A DNA stretch of 64,000 bases from an uncultured Candidatus Rokubacteria bacterium. GTDB lineage: Bacteria; Methylomirabilota; Methylomirabilia; Rokubacteriales; CSP1-6. Both the position numbers and the translations under genes were made by a program. Below, one piece after another: positions 8,467 to 19,363 of the stretch (position 1 is its first letter; the number at the start of each line of letters is the position of its first letter). The notes beneath the pieces were generated by a model. It was given only the letters and a program-made list of their open reading frames with translations. It searched no databases and was not told where the DNA came from. Location of the stretch: the NCBI GenBank assembly GCA_963734175.1, contig CAVTGC010000006.1, forward strand, positions 423,682 to 487,681. The letters run 5' to 3'.

Positions 8467-10914
8467 ATGAGTGCCGTCGGGGCTTCGCCCGCCACTCTGC
8501 CGCGCCACGCGTGGGCCGCCGGCTACGGCGTCATCCGCCATACGCCGCTCACGCGCCGGCGCGTGACCGAGATGGTCACCGCGCTGGGCGAGCGCGCCGA
8601 GGGCGGCCGCGGGCCATCAGTGTGGGAGATCCTGCACGCCGCCGACCGCATTGCCAGCGCGGCCATGTGGCTCGTGGTCCACGAGACCTACGCCCGCAAC
8701 GTCTATCTCGACGGCCGCGCACTCAAGGCGGACGACTTCAAGACGGTGCCGGAAGGCCACACCGGTGGCAGTCTCAACATGGTGCCCGCCTACGCCGGCT
8801 ACATGGCCGTCAACGCGCTGAGCGGATTCACGCGCGCCTGGCTCATGGGCCAGGGTCATTGCGTGGCTGCCATCGATTCAGTCAACCTGCTGCTCGACAA
8901 CTTGCGGCCTCCTCACGCCGAGCGCTACGACATCAGTGACGCCGGGCTCACCCGCTACGTGCGGGACTTCTATTCCTATCGGCTTGACGATCACGGCGAT
9001 CAAGATTCGCCCCTCGGGAGCCACGTCAACGCACACACCGCGGGCGGGATCGCCGAGGGCGGCTACCTCGGCTTCGCCGAGCTCTCGTACGTACACATGC
9101 CGCTGCCGGGCGAGCGGCTGGTGGCCTTCCTCTCCGATGGCGCTTTCGAGGAGCAGCGCGGCAGCGACTGGGCGCCGCGCTGGTGGCGCGCCCGCGATAG
9201 CGGGCTGGTGGCGCCGATCATGATCGCCAACGGGCGCCGCATCGACCAGCGCACAACGATGTCGCAGGAGGGCGGCGTCAGCTGGTTCACCAGGCACCTA
9301 AGGCTCAACGGGTTCGATCCGATCGTGTTCGACGGCCGCGACCCGGCGGCGTTCGCGTGGGCGATCTGGGAGATCGAGCGGCGGCTGGAGGCGGCGGCGC
9401 GCGCGGTCGGCGAGGGCCGACGGCGGTACCCCGTGCACCTGCCCTACGGCGTCGCGGTGGCGCCCAAGGGCGCCGGGTTCTACGGGGCCGGGACCAACCT
9501 CGCCCACAACCTACCGCTCGGTGCCAACCCGCATACCGACGCGACGGCGGCTCGGCGGTTCAACACCTCGGCCCGCCGTTTGTGGGTGGCGCCCGACGAG
9601 CTGAGCGCGGCGGCAGTCGTGCTGCAGCACCATCATGCGGCGGCGCGCCCGCGCGAGCGCGATACCGCACTCGCCAACCGCGAGCCGGCACTGCCCCGAG
9701 TGCCGGAGCCGACGTGGCGGCCGGTGCCGGCCGACCGGGCCGACCGACGCTCGTGGACGCACGCCTCGCCGATGATGGCCGTCGACGACGGCTTCCTGGC
9801 GATCGTGCAAGGCAACCCACACCTGCGACCGCGCGTCGGCAACCCCGACGAGATGCGCTCCAACCGGATGCAGCGCACGCTCGAGGCCCTGAAGTTCCGC
9901 GTGACGGCGCCGGAGGCGGGCATCCCGGAGGCGGTGGACGGCGCTGTCGTCACCGCGCTTAACGAGGAAACGGTGGCGTGCGCCGCGCTTGCCAACAAGG
10001 GCGGGATCAACATGATCGTCACCTACGAGGCCTTCGGCGCCAAGATGCACGGCGCCGTGCGGCAAGAGATTATCTTCGCCGATCATCTCGGCCGGGCCGG
10101 ACGGCCACCGGGCTGGCTGTCGATTCCGCTCGTGCTCACCTCGCATACCTGGGAGAACGCTAAGAACGAGCAGTCGCACCAGGACACGGCGATGGCCGAG
10201 GCCATGCTGGCCGAGCCCTCGCACGTGTCGCGGGTGCTGTTCCCACCCGATCACAATACGGCCGCCGCCGCCGTCGAGGCCGCATACCAGACGCGCGGTC
10301 AGATCTGGACACTGGTCGTGCCCAAGGGTTCGACCCTTCCCGATCTCTTCACCGCCGACGAGGCGCGTGCACTCGTGCGCGATGGCGCCGCGCCGCTGAC
10401 GTGGGCAGGCTTCCGACCCGAGCGGGCTCGACTCCTCCTCACCGCGGTGGGCGGTTACCAACTCGTACAGGCCCTTCGCGCCTCCGAGCGTCTGGCGGAC
10501 CGGGAGATCGAGCATGCAGTGGTGGCGATGCTCGAGCCCGGACGCTTCCGGGCGCCGCGCAGCTCGGCCGAGCGCGGCCACGCCGCCCCGCCCGACGTCG
10601 TGGAGCGCTGCTACCCGCCCGGGGTGCCGACGCGTATCTACGTCTCCCACACCCGGCCCGAGAGCCTGCTCGGCGCGCTCGGACCTCTGCACACGGGCGC
10701 AGCCACGGTGGGGCTCGGCTTCACGAACCTGGGAGGCACGCTGTCGATCGAGAACATGCTGTTCGTTAACCGCACCTCCTGGGCGCACGCGCTCGAGGCA
10801 GCCGCGCAGCTGTTGGGGCTGCCGCGCGAGCGCCTGCTCGACGCGCCCGAGTGCGCCGCGCTGGACGGCTACGCCTCGCCGGAGGGCCTCATCGTGCCGG
10901 CTGTCGCCTCGTGA
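8467..10914 (+). CDS. Phosphoketolase family (XFP-like) TPP enzyme
   Basis: GHTGGS, GQGH, SHV..HTAGGIAEGGYLG, LSDGAFE, NPDEMRSN, ALNEE, SHQD. Start chosen by the GGAG RBS; the ORF extends to 8398. Confidence 0.85.
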   Translation: MSAVGASPATLPRHAWAAGYGVIRHTPLTRRRVTEMVTALGERAEGGRGPSVWEILHAADRIASAAMWLVVHETYARNVYLDGRALKADDFKTVPEGHTGGSLNMVPAYAGYMAVNALSGFTRAWLMGQGHCVAAIDSVNLLLDNLRPPHAERYDISDAGLTRYVRDFYSYRLDDHGDQDSPLGSHVNAHTAGGIAEGGYLGFAELSYVHMPLPGERLVAFLSDGAFEEQRGSDWAPRWWRARDSGLVAPIMIANGRRIDQRTTMSQEGGVSWFTRHLRLNGFDPIVFDGRDPAAFAWAIWEIERRLEAAARAVGEGRRRYPVHLPYGVAVAPKGAGFYGAGTNLAHNLPLGANPHTDATAARRFNTSARRLWVAPDELSAAAVVLQHHHAAARPRERDTALANREPALPRVPEPTWRPVPADRADRRSWTHASPMMAVDDGFLAIVQGNPHLRPRVGNPDEMRSNRMQRTLEALKFRVTAPEAGIPEAVDGAVVTALNEETVACAALANKGGINMIVTYEAFGAKMHGAVRQEIIFADHLGRAGRPPGWLSIPLVLTSHTWENAKNEQSHQDTAMAEAMLAEPSHVSRVLFPPDHNTAAAAVEAAYQTRGQIWTLVVPKGSTLPDLFTADEARALVRDGAAPLTWAGFRPERARLLLTAVGGYQLVQALRASERLADREIEHAVVAMLEPGRFRAPRSSAERGHAAPPDVVERCYPPGVPTRIYVSHTRPESLLGALGPLHTGAATVGLGFTNLGGTLSIENMLFVNRTSWAHALEAAAQLLGLPRERLLDAPECAALDGYASPEGLIVPAVAS

Positions 10915-13013
10915 GACGGCCCGGGCTCACGCCGTTCTTCGAAGCGAGCTCGGTCGCCGTCATCGGCGCCTCCGCGGATCCCTCGAAGGTCGGCGGCAGC
11001 GTCCTCGCGAACCTCAAGGCCAGCGGCTTTCCTGGCCGCCTCGTCGTCGTCAACGCCAACCGTCCAGTCGTGCAGGGACTGTCGGCGGTTGCCTCAATCC
11101 TCGAAGTCAGCGGGCCCGTTGACCTCGCAGTCGTGGCGGTGCCAGCGCCAGCGGTGCTGGCCACCCTCAAGCAGTGCGTCACCAAGGGCGTCCAGGCCGC
11201 GGTCGTCATCAGCGCAGGGTTCCGCGAGTCGGGTGAGGAGGGCCGCGCCCGTGAGGCCGAGCTGCGCGCGTGGCTGCGGGAGGCACCACTGCGCCTGGTC
11301 GGGCCCAACTGTCTCGGCTGGATCCGCCCGGCCCGGCGGCTGAACCTGACGTTCGCGCCCGGCATGCCGCCGGCCGGCCCGCTCGGGTTCTTCTCCCACT
11401 CGGGCGCGCTGTGCACGGCGATTCTCGACTGGTCGCGCGAGCATCACCTCGGCTTCTCGCTCTTCGCGAGCCTCGGCAACCAGGCGGATGTAGACGAGAC
11501 CGACCTGCTCGGCGCGCTCGCCGAGGATCCCGAGACGCGCGTGATTCTCGGATATCTCGAGGGCGTCGCCGACGGCCGGACGATTCTTCGCCGCGCTGGC
11601 CGCTGCGGCGGCCCGGAAGCCGTGCGTGCTGATGAAGGCCGGACGCTCGCTCGAGGGTGCCCGCGCCGTGTCCTCGCACACCGGCGCACTGGCCGGCTCG
11701 GATCGCGCATTCGACGCCGCCGTGCGCCAGGCCGGCGCGCTGCGCGTGGCCACGCTGGAAGAGCTCTTCGACGTCGCGCGGGCGCTGATGGCCGGCCGCA
11801 CGCCGCCCGGGCGGCGCGTCATCCTCGTCACCAACGGCGGCGGCCTCGGCATCCTCGCGACGGACGCCGCCCGCGACGCCGGCCTCGATGTGGCGCCGCT
11901 ACCGGCGGCGATGCAAGCACGGCTGTCCTCCGTGCTCCCGCACCACGCGGCCACCATGAACCCGGTCGATCTCATCGGCGATGCCACGCCCTCGCGCTAC
12001 GGTGAGACGCTGCATGCGCTCGGCGGGGAATCAGCCTCGTTCGTCGTCATGCTGGCACCGCAAGCGGCCACGGATGCGGCCGGGGTGGCCCGGGCCGTGC
12101 TCGGTGCGACCCGCGACTGGTCGGTGCCCGTGCTCGGCGTCTTCGCCGGCGGCGCCCGCGTGCGACCGGGCATCACGGCGCTCGAGGAGGCCGGCGTACC
12201 CTGCTTTCCCTTCCCGGAGCGTGCGGTGAAGGCACTGGCTCACACCGTGACACTGGCCGAGCGGCGACGCGCGCCGACGCCCGACGCCGGCGCCCGCGCT
12301 GGATCGCGCGCGACTGGCGGCCGCCGTCGCCGGCATGCCGAGGTCCGGCACCTTCGGACTGCTCGAGGGCGCCCCACTGCTCGCCGCTGCTGGGATCGAG
12401 GTCGTGCCGCGCGCGCCTGGCCCGCTCGCCCGCGGAGGCTGCGGAGGTCGCGCGTACGCTCGGCACGCCGGTCGCGATCAAGATCGTGTCGCCCGACATC
12501 ACGCATAAGACCGACGTCGGCGGCGTGGTCCTCGGGCTGGCGACGCCCGATGCGGTCGCTATCGCCGCCGACGCCATGCTCGCGCGCGTCGCCCGGGCGC
12601 GTCCCCAGGCGCGCCTGGACGGTGTCCTCGTCCAGGCGATGGCAGAGGGCCAGGCGATCGAGCTGTTGCTGGGCATGGTCCGAGATCCGCAGTTTGGCCC
12701 GCTCGTCATGGTCGGCTTCGGCGGTATCTTCGTCGAGATCCTCGGCGACACGGCGACGCGGTTGGCCCCGGTGGGTCCGGCCGAGGCGCGGGCGATGCTG
12801 ACAGAGCTGCGAATGACACCGGCGCTGCAGGGCTTCCGCGGCCGCCCGCCCGTCGACCTCGGCGCGCTGGCCGATGTCGTCAGCCGCTTCTCGTACCTTG
12901 TCGCTGCGGTGCCCGCCCTTCGAGAGCTCGAGATCAATCCACTCCTGGCCACGCCCGCCGGCGCCCGCGCGCTCGACGCCCGCGGCCGGGTCTCACACGA
13001 GGAGGAGTCATGA
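10911..13013 (+). CDS. ADP-forming acyl-CoA (acetate-CoA) ligase, fused alpha/beta; two apparent frameshifts (~11580, ~12300)
   Basis: VAVIGAS, GPNCLG, SLGN, SHTGALAG (catalytic His), TNGGG, NPVD, HKTDVGGV, DPQFGP and LEINPL are spread across three frames. Confidence 0.9.
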
Positions 13014-13327
13014 GACCCGTCGTCATTGCCGCCGCGCTGCTGATCGCCGCCGGGACCGCCGTGGCCCAGTCGCCGAATAGTCCGGGCGTCGAGCGCGGCC
13101 AAGCCGCGTTCAAGAACAACGGCTGCTACGGCTGTCACATGATCGGGAAAGCCGGAACGCCGATCGGGCCCGATCTATCGCAGGTTGGCAGCAAGTACTC
13201 ACCGGACTACCTCGCGCGCTGGCTGCGCGACCCGGCCCTCCAGCGCCCGAGCGCACACATGCCGGCCCTCGAGCTCACCGAGGACGACATGAAGGCCCTG
13301 GCCGCCTACCTCGGGTCGCTGCGCTGA
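13010..13327 (+). CDS. Monoheme class I cytochrome c
   Basis: Signal peptide, CYGCH, GPDLS and distal Met (AHMP). Confidence 0.92.
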   Translation: MRPVVIAAALLIAAGTAVAQSPNSPGVERGQAAFKNNGCYGCHMIGKAGTPIGPDLSQVGSKYSPDYLARWLRDPALQRPSAHMPALELTEDDMKALAAYLGSLR

Positions 13328-13397
13328 GCCGCGGCCACAGTGTCAGGCACCCGAGTCTCCTTGACACCAACCGGGCATCCTGAGCGATAGTCGGGCC

Positions 13398-14648
13398 GTG
13401 GCCGACCCGCCGAACTCGAAGACGTCGCTGGCCGCAGAGGTCGATCGGCTGCGCCGCCGTGTGGCCGAGCTGGAGGCGAGCGCCACCGAGCATCAGCGGG
13501 CCGAACGGCAGCTCGAGCACGACGCGCGGCTATCGGAAGCCGCGCTGCGCCGCAGCGAAGCCACCGCCCAGGCGGTTCTCGAATCCGCCTCCGAGGGCAT
13601 CATCCTGATCGATACGGCCGGCCACATCACGCTGGTCAACGCTGCCGCCGAGCGGATGTTCGGCTACAGGCGCAGCGTGCTGCTGGGTCAGCCCCTCGAG
13701 ATTCTCCTGCCGGAGCGGATCCGCCGCGGACACGTGGCGCATAGGATGGGGTACTTCACGGAGCCGCGCATCCGCCCGATGGGGATCGGCCTGGATCTCG
13801 CCGGCCGGCGCGAGGATGGCACCGAGTTCCCGGTCGAGATCAGCCTCAGCCACGTGCCGTCGGCCGACGGCGGGGTAGCCATCGCGTTCATAACCGACAT
13901 CACCGAACGCAAGCGCGTCGAGGCGCAGCTGCAGCGCCAGCGAGAGGTGCTCTACCAGAACGAGAAGCTGGCTGCGCTCGGGACGATGGCGGCGGGGATC
14001 GCCCACGAGATGAACAATCCGCTGGGGATCATCACCACCCGCATCGAGGTCATGCTGCTCGATGCGCAGCAGCAGCAGTTGCCGCCCCAGGTCCTGGACG
14101 ATCTCCAGGTATTGCACCGGGCCAGTCAGCGCGTGGCGCGAATCGCCGCCAGCCTGCGATCGTTTGCACGCCACACCCCCGGAGATCGGGTGCCGCTCGA
14201 TCTCAACGCGGTCGTGGAGGAGAGCCTGCAGCTCATGCAGAAGCCGCTGGCCGCCGATAACGTCCAGATCGTCGCCAGCCTCGACCGCACGCTGCCGCCC
14301 ATCCTCGGCGACGCCACCACGCTTCACCAGGTGCTCATGAACCTGCTCACGAACGCCCGCGAGGCGATGCCGACGGGCGGTCAGGTCCGCCTCGAGACAG
14401 GCCCGGCCGAGCGGCCGAGCTGGGTCCGCCTGCTGGTCGCCGACACAGGCCCCGGCATCCCCGCCGAGGAGATCTCGAAGATCTTCGATCCGTTCTTCAC
14501 GACCAAGCGCACCGGAACCGGGCTAGGACTCTCGGTGAGCTACGGCATCATCCAGGAGCACGGCGGCACCGTGGACGTGCAATCACGGCCTGGCGAGGGG
14601 ACGACGTTCATCATCAACCTCCCGACGACGATGCCGGCCGCGCCGTAA
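13398..14648 (+). CDS. PAS-domain sensor histidine kinase (FixL/NtrB-like)
   Basis: PAS (NAAAERMFGY...GRREDGTEFPVEISLS), H-box AHEMNNPL, NLLTNA, DTGPGI, FFTTK, GTGLGL. Confidence 0.95.
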   Translation: MADPPNSKTSLAAEVDRLRRRVAELEASATEHQRAERQLEHDARLSEAALRRSEATAQAVLESASEGIILIDTAGHITLVNAAAERMFGYRRSVLLGQPLEILLPERIRRGHVAHRMGYFTEPRIRPMGIGLDLAGRREDGTEFPVEISLSHVPSADGGVAIAFITDITERKRVEAQLQRQREVLYQNEKLAALGTMAAGIAHEMNNPLGIITTRIEVMLLDAQQQQLPPQVLDDLQVLHRASQRVARIAASLRSFARHTPGDRVPLDLNAVVEESLQLMQKPLAADNVQIVASLDRTLPPILGDATTLHQVLMNLLTNAREAMPTGGQVRLETGPAERPSWVRLLVADTGPGIPAEEISKIFDPFFTTKRTGTGLGLSVSYGIIQEHGGTVDVQSRPGEGTTFIINLPTTMPAAP

Positions 14649-15168
14649 AGGTCAGCTCGATCACAGCCTGATCGATCTCGCGTTGGCTCACGTGACCGAA
14701 TCGGGTGATGAGGTCGAGCATGCGTCGGTTGTCGGCGAGAACCCAGGCTCGGAACCGTCGGATGCCATTCAGCTCGGCAGCGGCCAACAGCGTGCCGAAG
14801 AGCACGGTACCAACACCGCGATCCTGCCAGCCGTCCTGCACCACGAAGGCCACCTCGGCCACACCCGGCTCACCGGCTGGCTCGTAACGGGCCACGGCGA
14901 TGAGGGTGTCAGGATCGTCGGGCGATTCGACGACGAGAGCCAGCCTTGACTCGTAGTCGACGTTGGCCAGGAAGCGGGCCCAGTTGGGCGGCAGCCGTTG
15001 CATGATGGAGAAGAACCGCTGGTAGCGGGTGTCGCGGCTGAGGTGGTCGTAGAGCGCCACCAGGCGCGTAGCGTCGTCGGCGCGGATCGGGCGCATGCGG
15101 GCGCGGGTTCCATCGCGCAACGCTATCGCGCGATCGAATCGCTTCAGGCGCTCGGCCGCGTCGCTCAC
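14614..15168 (-). CDS. GNAT acetyltransferase (Pat-type GNAT domain)
   Basis: LRDG..RPI..DD, RYQRFF, AEVAFVVQDGWQDRGVG, VLADNRRML. Confidence 0.88.
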   Translation of the reverse strand: MSDAAERLKRFDRAIALRDGTRARMRPIRADDATRLVALYDHLSRDTRYQRFFSIMQRLPPNWARFLANVDYESRLALVVESPDDPDTLIAVARYEPAGEPGVAEVAFVVQDGWQDRGVGTVLFGTLLAAAELNGIRRFRAWVLADNRRMLDLITRFGHVSQREIDQAVIELTFTARPASSSGG

Positions 15169-15360
15169 CCCATGGGCGATATCACGTTTGCGGCCGGGCC
15201 GTCCAGTGGATGTTCGGTTCCGGTTCCGCGCCGCGGGGGCAATGACACGCCTGGCCACGCATGACGATGGCCCATGAACCGTGGCCGTGAAGGCGCGGAG
15301 GGTGTATGGCTTTTCGACACGTCGGCGATCCGGCCCCGGCGATGACGAGGGGAGCCTTGG

Positions 15361-15822
15361 ATGACTATCGAACAGATCATGACACGCGACGTGATCACCG
15401 TGAGCCCCGCGATACCAATCCATCAGGCCGCGCGGCTGATGGTGGAGCACGGGGTCAGCGGGTTGCCCGTCGTCGATGACGACGGCCGACTCGTCGGCAT
15501 CGTCAGCGAAGGCGATCTCATTCTGCGGCAGACGCGCCGGCGGGAGCGGCCCTGGTGGCAGTCGTTCTTCGAAAATGGCGAGCAGCTCGCGCGCGAGTAC
15601 CAGAAGGCGGTGGGCACTACCGTCGGCGAGGTGATGACGCCCTCGGTGGTCTCGATCAGTCCGGTGTGGGGCATCGAGACCGCGGCGACGATCATGCAGA
15701 CCAGGCGAATCCGTCGTCTGCCGGTGGTGCACGACGGCCGGCTCGTTGGCATCGTGACCCGGGCCGACCTCATCAAGGCACTGGCGACCGAGGTCGGCCG
15801 GGGCTCGAAGGGCGGCGCCTAG
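15361..15822 (+). CDS. CBS-domain pair protein
   Basis: VSGLPVVD..LVGIVSEGDL; IRRLPVV..LVGIVTRADL. Confidence 0.95.
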   Translation: MTIEQIMTRDVITVSPAIPIHQAARLMVEHGVSGLPVVDDDGRLVGIVSEGDLILRQTRRRERPWWQSFFENGEQLAREYQKAVGTTVGEVMTPSVVSISPVWGIETAATIMQTRRIRRLPVVHDGRLVGIVTRADLIKALATEVGRGSKGGA

Positions 15823-16004
15823 ATCTTCGACGCAGCTCCGTTGGCTCCCAGGACGGCCGCCCGGAGCCATCCGATGCGTTCCGACCGGTGGCGTTCACGT
15901 CTCTAGGCCAGCCGTGGGCCTCATTCCTCATGTGGGGCGACGACGCCCCAGGCCAACCGCACGATGATTGCGCGCTAAGCCCGCGACATTGCGACGATCC
16001 GCCG

Positions 16005-16020
16005 TGGCACCTCCGTTGCT
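16005..16020 (+). promoter_or_regulatory. sigma54 promoter of cbaDBA
   Basis: Perfect consensus TGGCAC-CTCCG-TTGCT. Confidence 0.85.
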
Positions 16021-16071
16021 CCGTCTGCATCCGTCGATCACGCGTGCGCGCGTGGTCAAGGAGGAGTACGG

Positions 16072-16185
16072 ATGCCGGAGAACCAGCACCCGAAGGGCGC
16101 GCTCCTGTTCATGCTGGTGTACCTGGTGGTGCTCACGGCTCTGTGGCTCAACGCCTACCTGCGCCTGTGGGGCGTGAGTCCATGA
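16072..16185 (+). CDS. cbaD: ba3-type oxidase subunit IIa (37 aa)
   Basis: AGGAGG RBS; MPENQHPKGALLFMLVYLVVLTALWLNAYLRLWGVSP shows the PKGAL..W..Y pattern of Thermus CbaD; ATGA overlap with cbaB. Confidence 0.85.
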   Translation: MPENQHPKGALLFMLVYLVVLTALWLNAYLRLWGVSP

Positions 16186-16685
16186 GCAGCCCCGGCGAGC
16201 GGCCCCCGACCACCGTTTACCTCTACGAGCTCGCCTGGATCCTGCCCTCGATCGCGATCCCCATCGGGATGCTGGCGGCGCTCACCGTGACCGCTTTCGG
16301 CGCCGGGATCCACCTGCCTTCTCACGTAGGTCGCGTGGTGCCGACGATCGTCGCCCAGACGCCGCCGTTCGACACGCCCGGCCTGAAGCAGACCGGTCCC
16401 GGCCACTACGAGGTGGCGCTCACCTCGCAGATCTGGACGTTCGCGCCCAACGAGATCCGCGTGCCGGCCGGCTCGACGGTGACGTTCATCGCCACCAGCC
16501 GGGACGTGGTCCACGGTCTTCTCATCCCGCGCGCACGCGTCAACGTGATGCTGCTGCCGGGACAGATCGCGCGGGTGACGACGCGATTCGATCGGCCGGG
16601 AGAGTATCCGATGTTCTGTCACGAGTACTGTGGCATCGCGCACCACACGATGTGGGGCAAGGTGATCGTGGAGCCCGCACCATGA
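16182..16685 (+). CDS. cbaB: ba3-type cytochrome c oxidase subunit II (CuA)
   Basis: One TM; DVVHG and CHEYCGIAHHTM CuA motif. Confidence 0.93.
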   Translation: MSSPGERPPTTVYLYELAWILPSIAIPIGMLAALTVTAFGAGIHLPSHVGRVVPTIVAQTPPFDTPGLKQTGPGHYEVALTSQIWTFAPNEIRVPAGSTVTFIATSRDVVHGLLIPRARVNVMLLPGQIARVTTRFDRPGEYPMFCHEYCGIAHHTMWGKVIVEPAP

Positions 16686-18316
16686 CCGCCGTCGCGGCGA
16701 TCGGCCGTCTCACCGCCTCCTTTCTCGCCGTGGCGCTGATCGCGTTGCTGGGCGGCGTGCTGACCGGCCTGGCCCAGGGGCTGGAACACGCCGGGATCAA
16801 CGTCTATCCCGCGCTGACCCCCGTCGTGCAGTCCTACTACCACGGTCTCAGCGTGCACGGCGTGCTGAACGTGTTGGTGTGGACGACGTTCTTCATCTGC
16901 GGCTTCATCCCCTTCATCACCGTGGAGTCACTCGGCATGCCGCTGGCGGCGCCGCGGCTGGGCTGGATCACGTTCTGGCTCATGACCGGGGGGCTGCTGC
17001 TGGCGGCGATCCCGCTCGTGGGGAACGCGGCCACCGTGATGTTCACCTTCTATCCACCACTGAAGGCCCACTGGGCGTTCTACGTGGGCCTCACGCTCGT
17101 GGTGGTCGGGACCTGGCTGGTGACGCTGAACCTGGCGCTGACCCGCCGCGAGTGGCGCCGGGCGCATCCGGGCGAGCGCACGCCGCTGCCCGCCTTCATG
17201 GGGCTGGTGACGTTCACCATGTGGACACTCGCCTCGCTCGGGCTGGCCGCCGAGATGCTCTTCATGACCATCCCGTGGTCGCTGGGCCTGCGCGACGGCA
17301 CCGATGCGCTGCTGGCACGCGTGCTCTTCTGGTTCACCGGCCACCCGATCGTGTACTTCTGGCTGCTGCCGGCCTACGTCTCGTGGTACACGCTGGTACC
17401 GCACCAGGCCGGAGGACGACTGTTCAGCGATCCGCTGGCGCGCGCCTCGTTCCTGCTCTTCTTGGTGCTGTCCACACCACTCGGGTTTCACCACCAGTAC
17501 ACCGATCCCGGTATTCATGAGGGCTGGAAGCTGGTGCATGCGTTTCTGACCTTTGCGGTGTTCTTTCCGAGCCTGCTGACGTTCTTCAACGTCGTGGCTT
17601 CGCTCGAGAGCGGCGCCCGCGCGCGCGGGGGGCGCGGCTGGGTGATGTGGTTCGGCAAGCTGCCCTGGGGCGATCCCTCGGTGGCCGCGCAGGTGCTGGC
17701 CATGCTCACGTTCGCCTTCGGCGGCATCGGCGGCCTCATCAACGCCTCGGTCAGCCTCAACCTGCTCGTGCACAACACCGCGTGGATCCCCGGCCACCTG
17801 CACCTCACGGTCGGCACCGCGGTCACGCTCTCGTTCATGGGCATCACGTACTGGCTGGTCCCGCTGCTGCGCGGGCGTGCGCTGTGGAGCCGGCGACTAG
17901 CCCTGGTCCAGGTGTGGCTGTGGGTCGTGGGCATGCTGATCTTTTCCAACGCCCTGCACCGGCTCGGCCTCATGGGCATGCCCCGGCGCACGATGATCGG
18001 CGCGGCGCCCTACATCCAGCCCGAGTGGAAACCGGTGCTGCCGCTGGTGGCCGTGGGCGGCACGATCCTCACGCTGAGCGCGCTGCTCTACTTCGCGAAC
18101 CTGGCCCTGACGCTGCTCGCCTCGCGGACGCCCTATCTGCAGGGCGTGACCTTTGCCGAGGCGATGTCAGGGCCAGACCACGCGCCGGCCATCTTCGACC
18201 GCTTCCGCCCCTGGCTCACGCTCGCGGTGATCCTCATCGTCCTGGCCTATGGCCCCTCGCTGGTCTACCTGATCGCGACGACACCGTTCGACAGTCCTGG
18301 AATGAGGGTGTGGTGA
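16682..18316 (+). CDS. cbaA: B-family (ba3) heme-copper oxidase subunit I
   Basis: HGVLN, WFTGHPIVYFWLLPAY, GFHHQY, HNTAWIPGHLH, GMPRR. Confidence 0.95.
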   Translation: MTAVAAIGRLTASFLAVALIALLGGVLTGLAQGLEHAGINVYPALTPVVQSYYHGLSVHGVLNVLVWTTFFICGFIPFITVESLGMPLAAPRLGWITFWLMTGGLLLAAIPLVGNAATVMFTFYPPLKAHWAFYVGLTLVVVGTWLVTLNLALTRREWRRAHPGERTPLPAFMGLVTFTMWTLASLGLAAEMLFMTIPWSLGLRDGTDALLARVLFWFTGHPIVYFWLLPAYVSWYTLVPHQAGGRLFSDPLARASFLLFLVLSTPLGFHHQYTDPGIHEGWKLVHAFLTFAVFFPSLLTFFNVVASLESGARARGGRGWVMWFGKLPWGDPSVAAQVLAMLTFAFGGIGGLINASVSLNLLVHNTAWIPGHLHLTVGTAVTLSFMGITYWLVPLLRGRALWSRRLALVQVWLWVVGMLIFSNALHRLGLMGMPRRTMIGAAPYIQPEWKPVLPLVAVGGTILTLSALLYFANLALTLLASRTPYLQGVTFAEAMSGPDHAPAIFDRFRPWLTLAVILIVLAYGPSLVYLIATTPFDSPGMRVW

Positions 18317-19144
18317 TGGAACGTGCCTGCGACCGCCTGAGCCTGGATGGCCTGCGCCGGCACCTGACCACCGAGGTGGTGGGCCATCACGTGTACCTCT
18401 TCGGCAGCGTCGACTCCACCAACAGCGCGCTGGCCCGACTGGCCGACCGCGGGGCCACCGAAGGCACGGTCGTCCTGGCCGAGACGCAGACGGCGGGCCG
18501 CGGGCGTCACGGCAGCGCCTGGTTCTCGCCGGAGGCGGCGAACCTCTACGTGTCGGTCCTGTTCCACCCGCGCATCGCACCGCGCGAGCTGCCCCTGTTC
18601 GCGCCGATCGCGTCGTTGGCCCTGGCCGAGGCGATATGGCTGGCGGGGGCCCCGGCCCGGATCAAGTGGCCGAACGACGTCGTGGTGGGCGACCGCAAGC
18701 TGGGCGGCGTCCTCGTCCAGGCGCCGGTGATCAGCGGCCGACTGGCCTACGTGATCCTCGGCATCGGCGTGAACCTCAACGTGCAGCCGGCGGAGCTGGC
18801 GACCGGGCTCGGCGCCGCCGCCGAGGCTGCCGTGTCATTGCAGGACGTTCGTGGGCCGGCAGGTGGACCGCAACGTCTTTGCGGCGAGCCTGCTGAACCG
18901 ACTCGAGAAGTGGCATCAGACCTTTCTGACGCGAGGCCCCGAGGCCGTGCATGCCGCCTGGCAAGCGCGCGACGTCCTGCGTGGCCACCGGCTCGAGGCG
19001 AGGACGGCGGGCGAGGTCTGCGAGGGTTGGGGCCGGGGCATCGACACCGACGGCAGTCTCATCATCGAGGCCGACGATGGCCAGGCTCGACACATCCTCA
19101 CCGGCGCCGTTCGCGTGCTCGACCGCGCCACCCGGGACCATTGA
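18316..19144 (+). CDS. birA: Biotin-protein ligase (no HTH); apparent frameshift near 18850
   Basis: DSTN, QTAGRGR, IKWPND, KLGGVL, GIGVNLN; the C-terminal GIDTDGSL domain is in a shifted frame. Confidence 0.9.
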
Positions 19145-19363
19145 CTGAAACACTCGCCGCGTTCGGGTCTCATGCCCGCGAGGCGCAGCGCCGCCCTCGG
19201 GCTGCAGGTGCTCGGCCCGTTCTTCAGGGTGATGCAGACCATCGCGTTCCATGCGGGGACCCGGCGCCCCACCCGGGCGGCTCTGCCCCACTTCAGTACG
19301 CGGCGTGGCGGTGAGAAGCTCGCACAACTGCTCGAGATCGCGCCCCGTTTCCGCAACAAGATG

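Noticed and set aside
15235-15255. Possible sigma54 promoter for the GNAT gene
   Set aside because: GG-GC spacing is 9 nt rather than the required 10.
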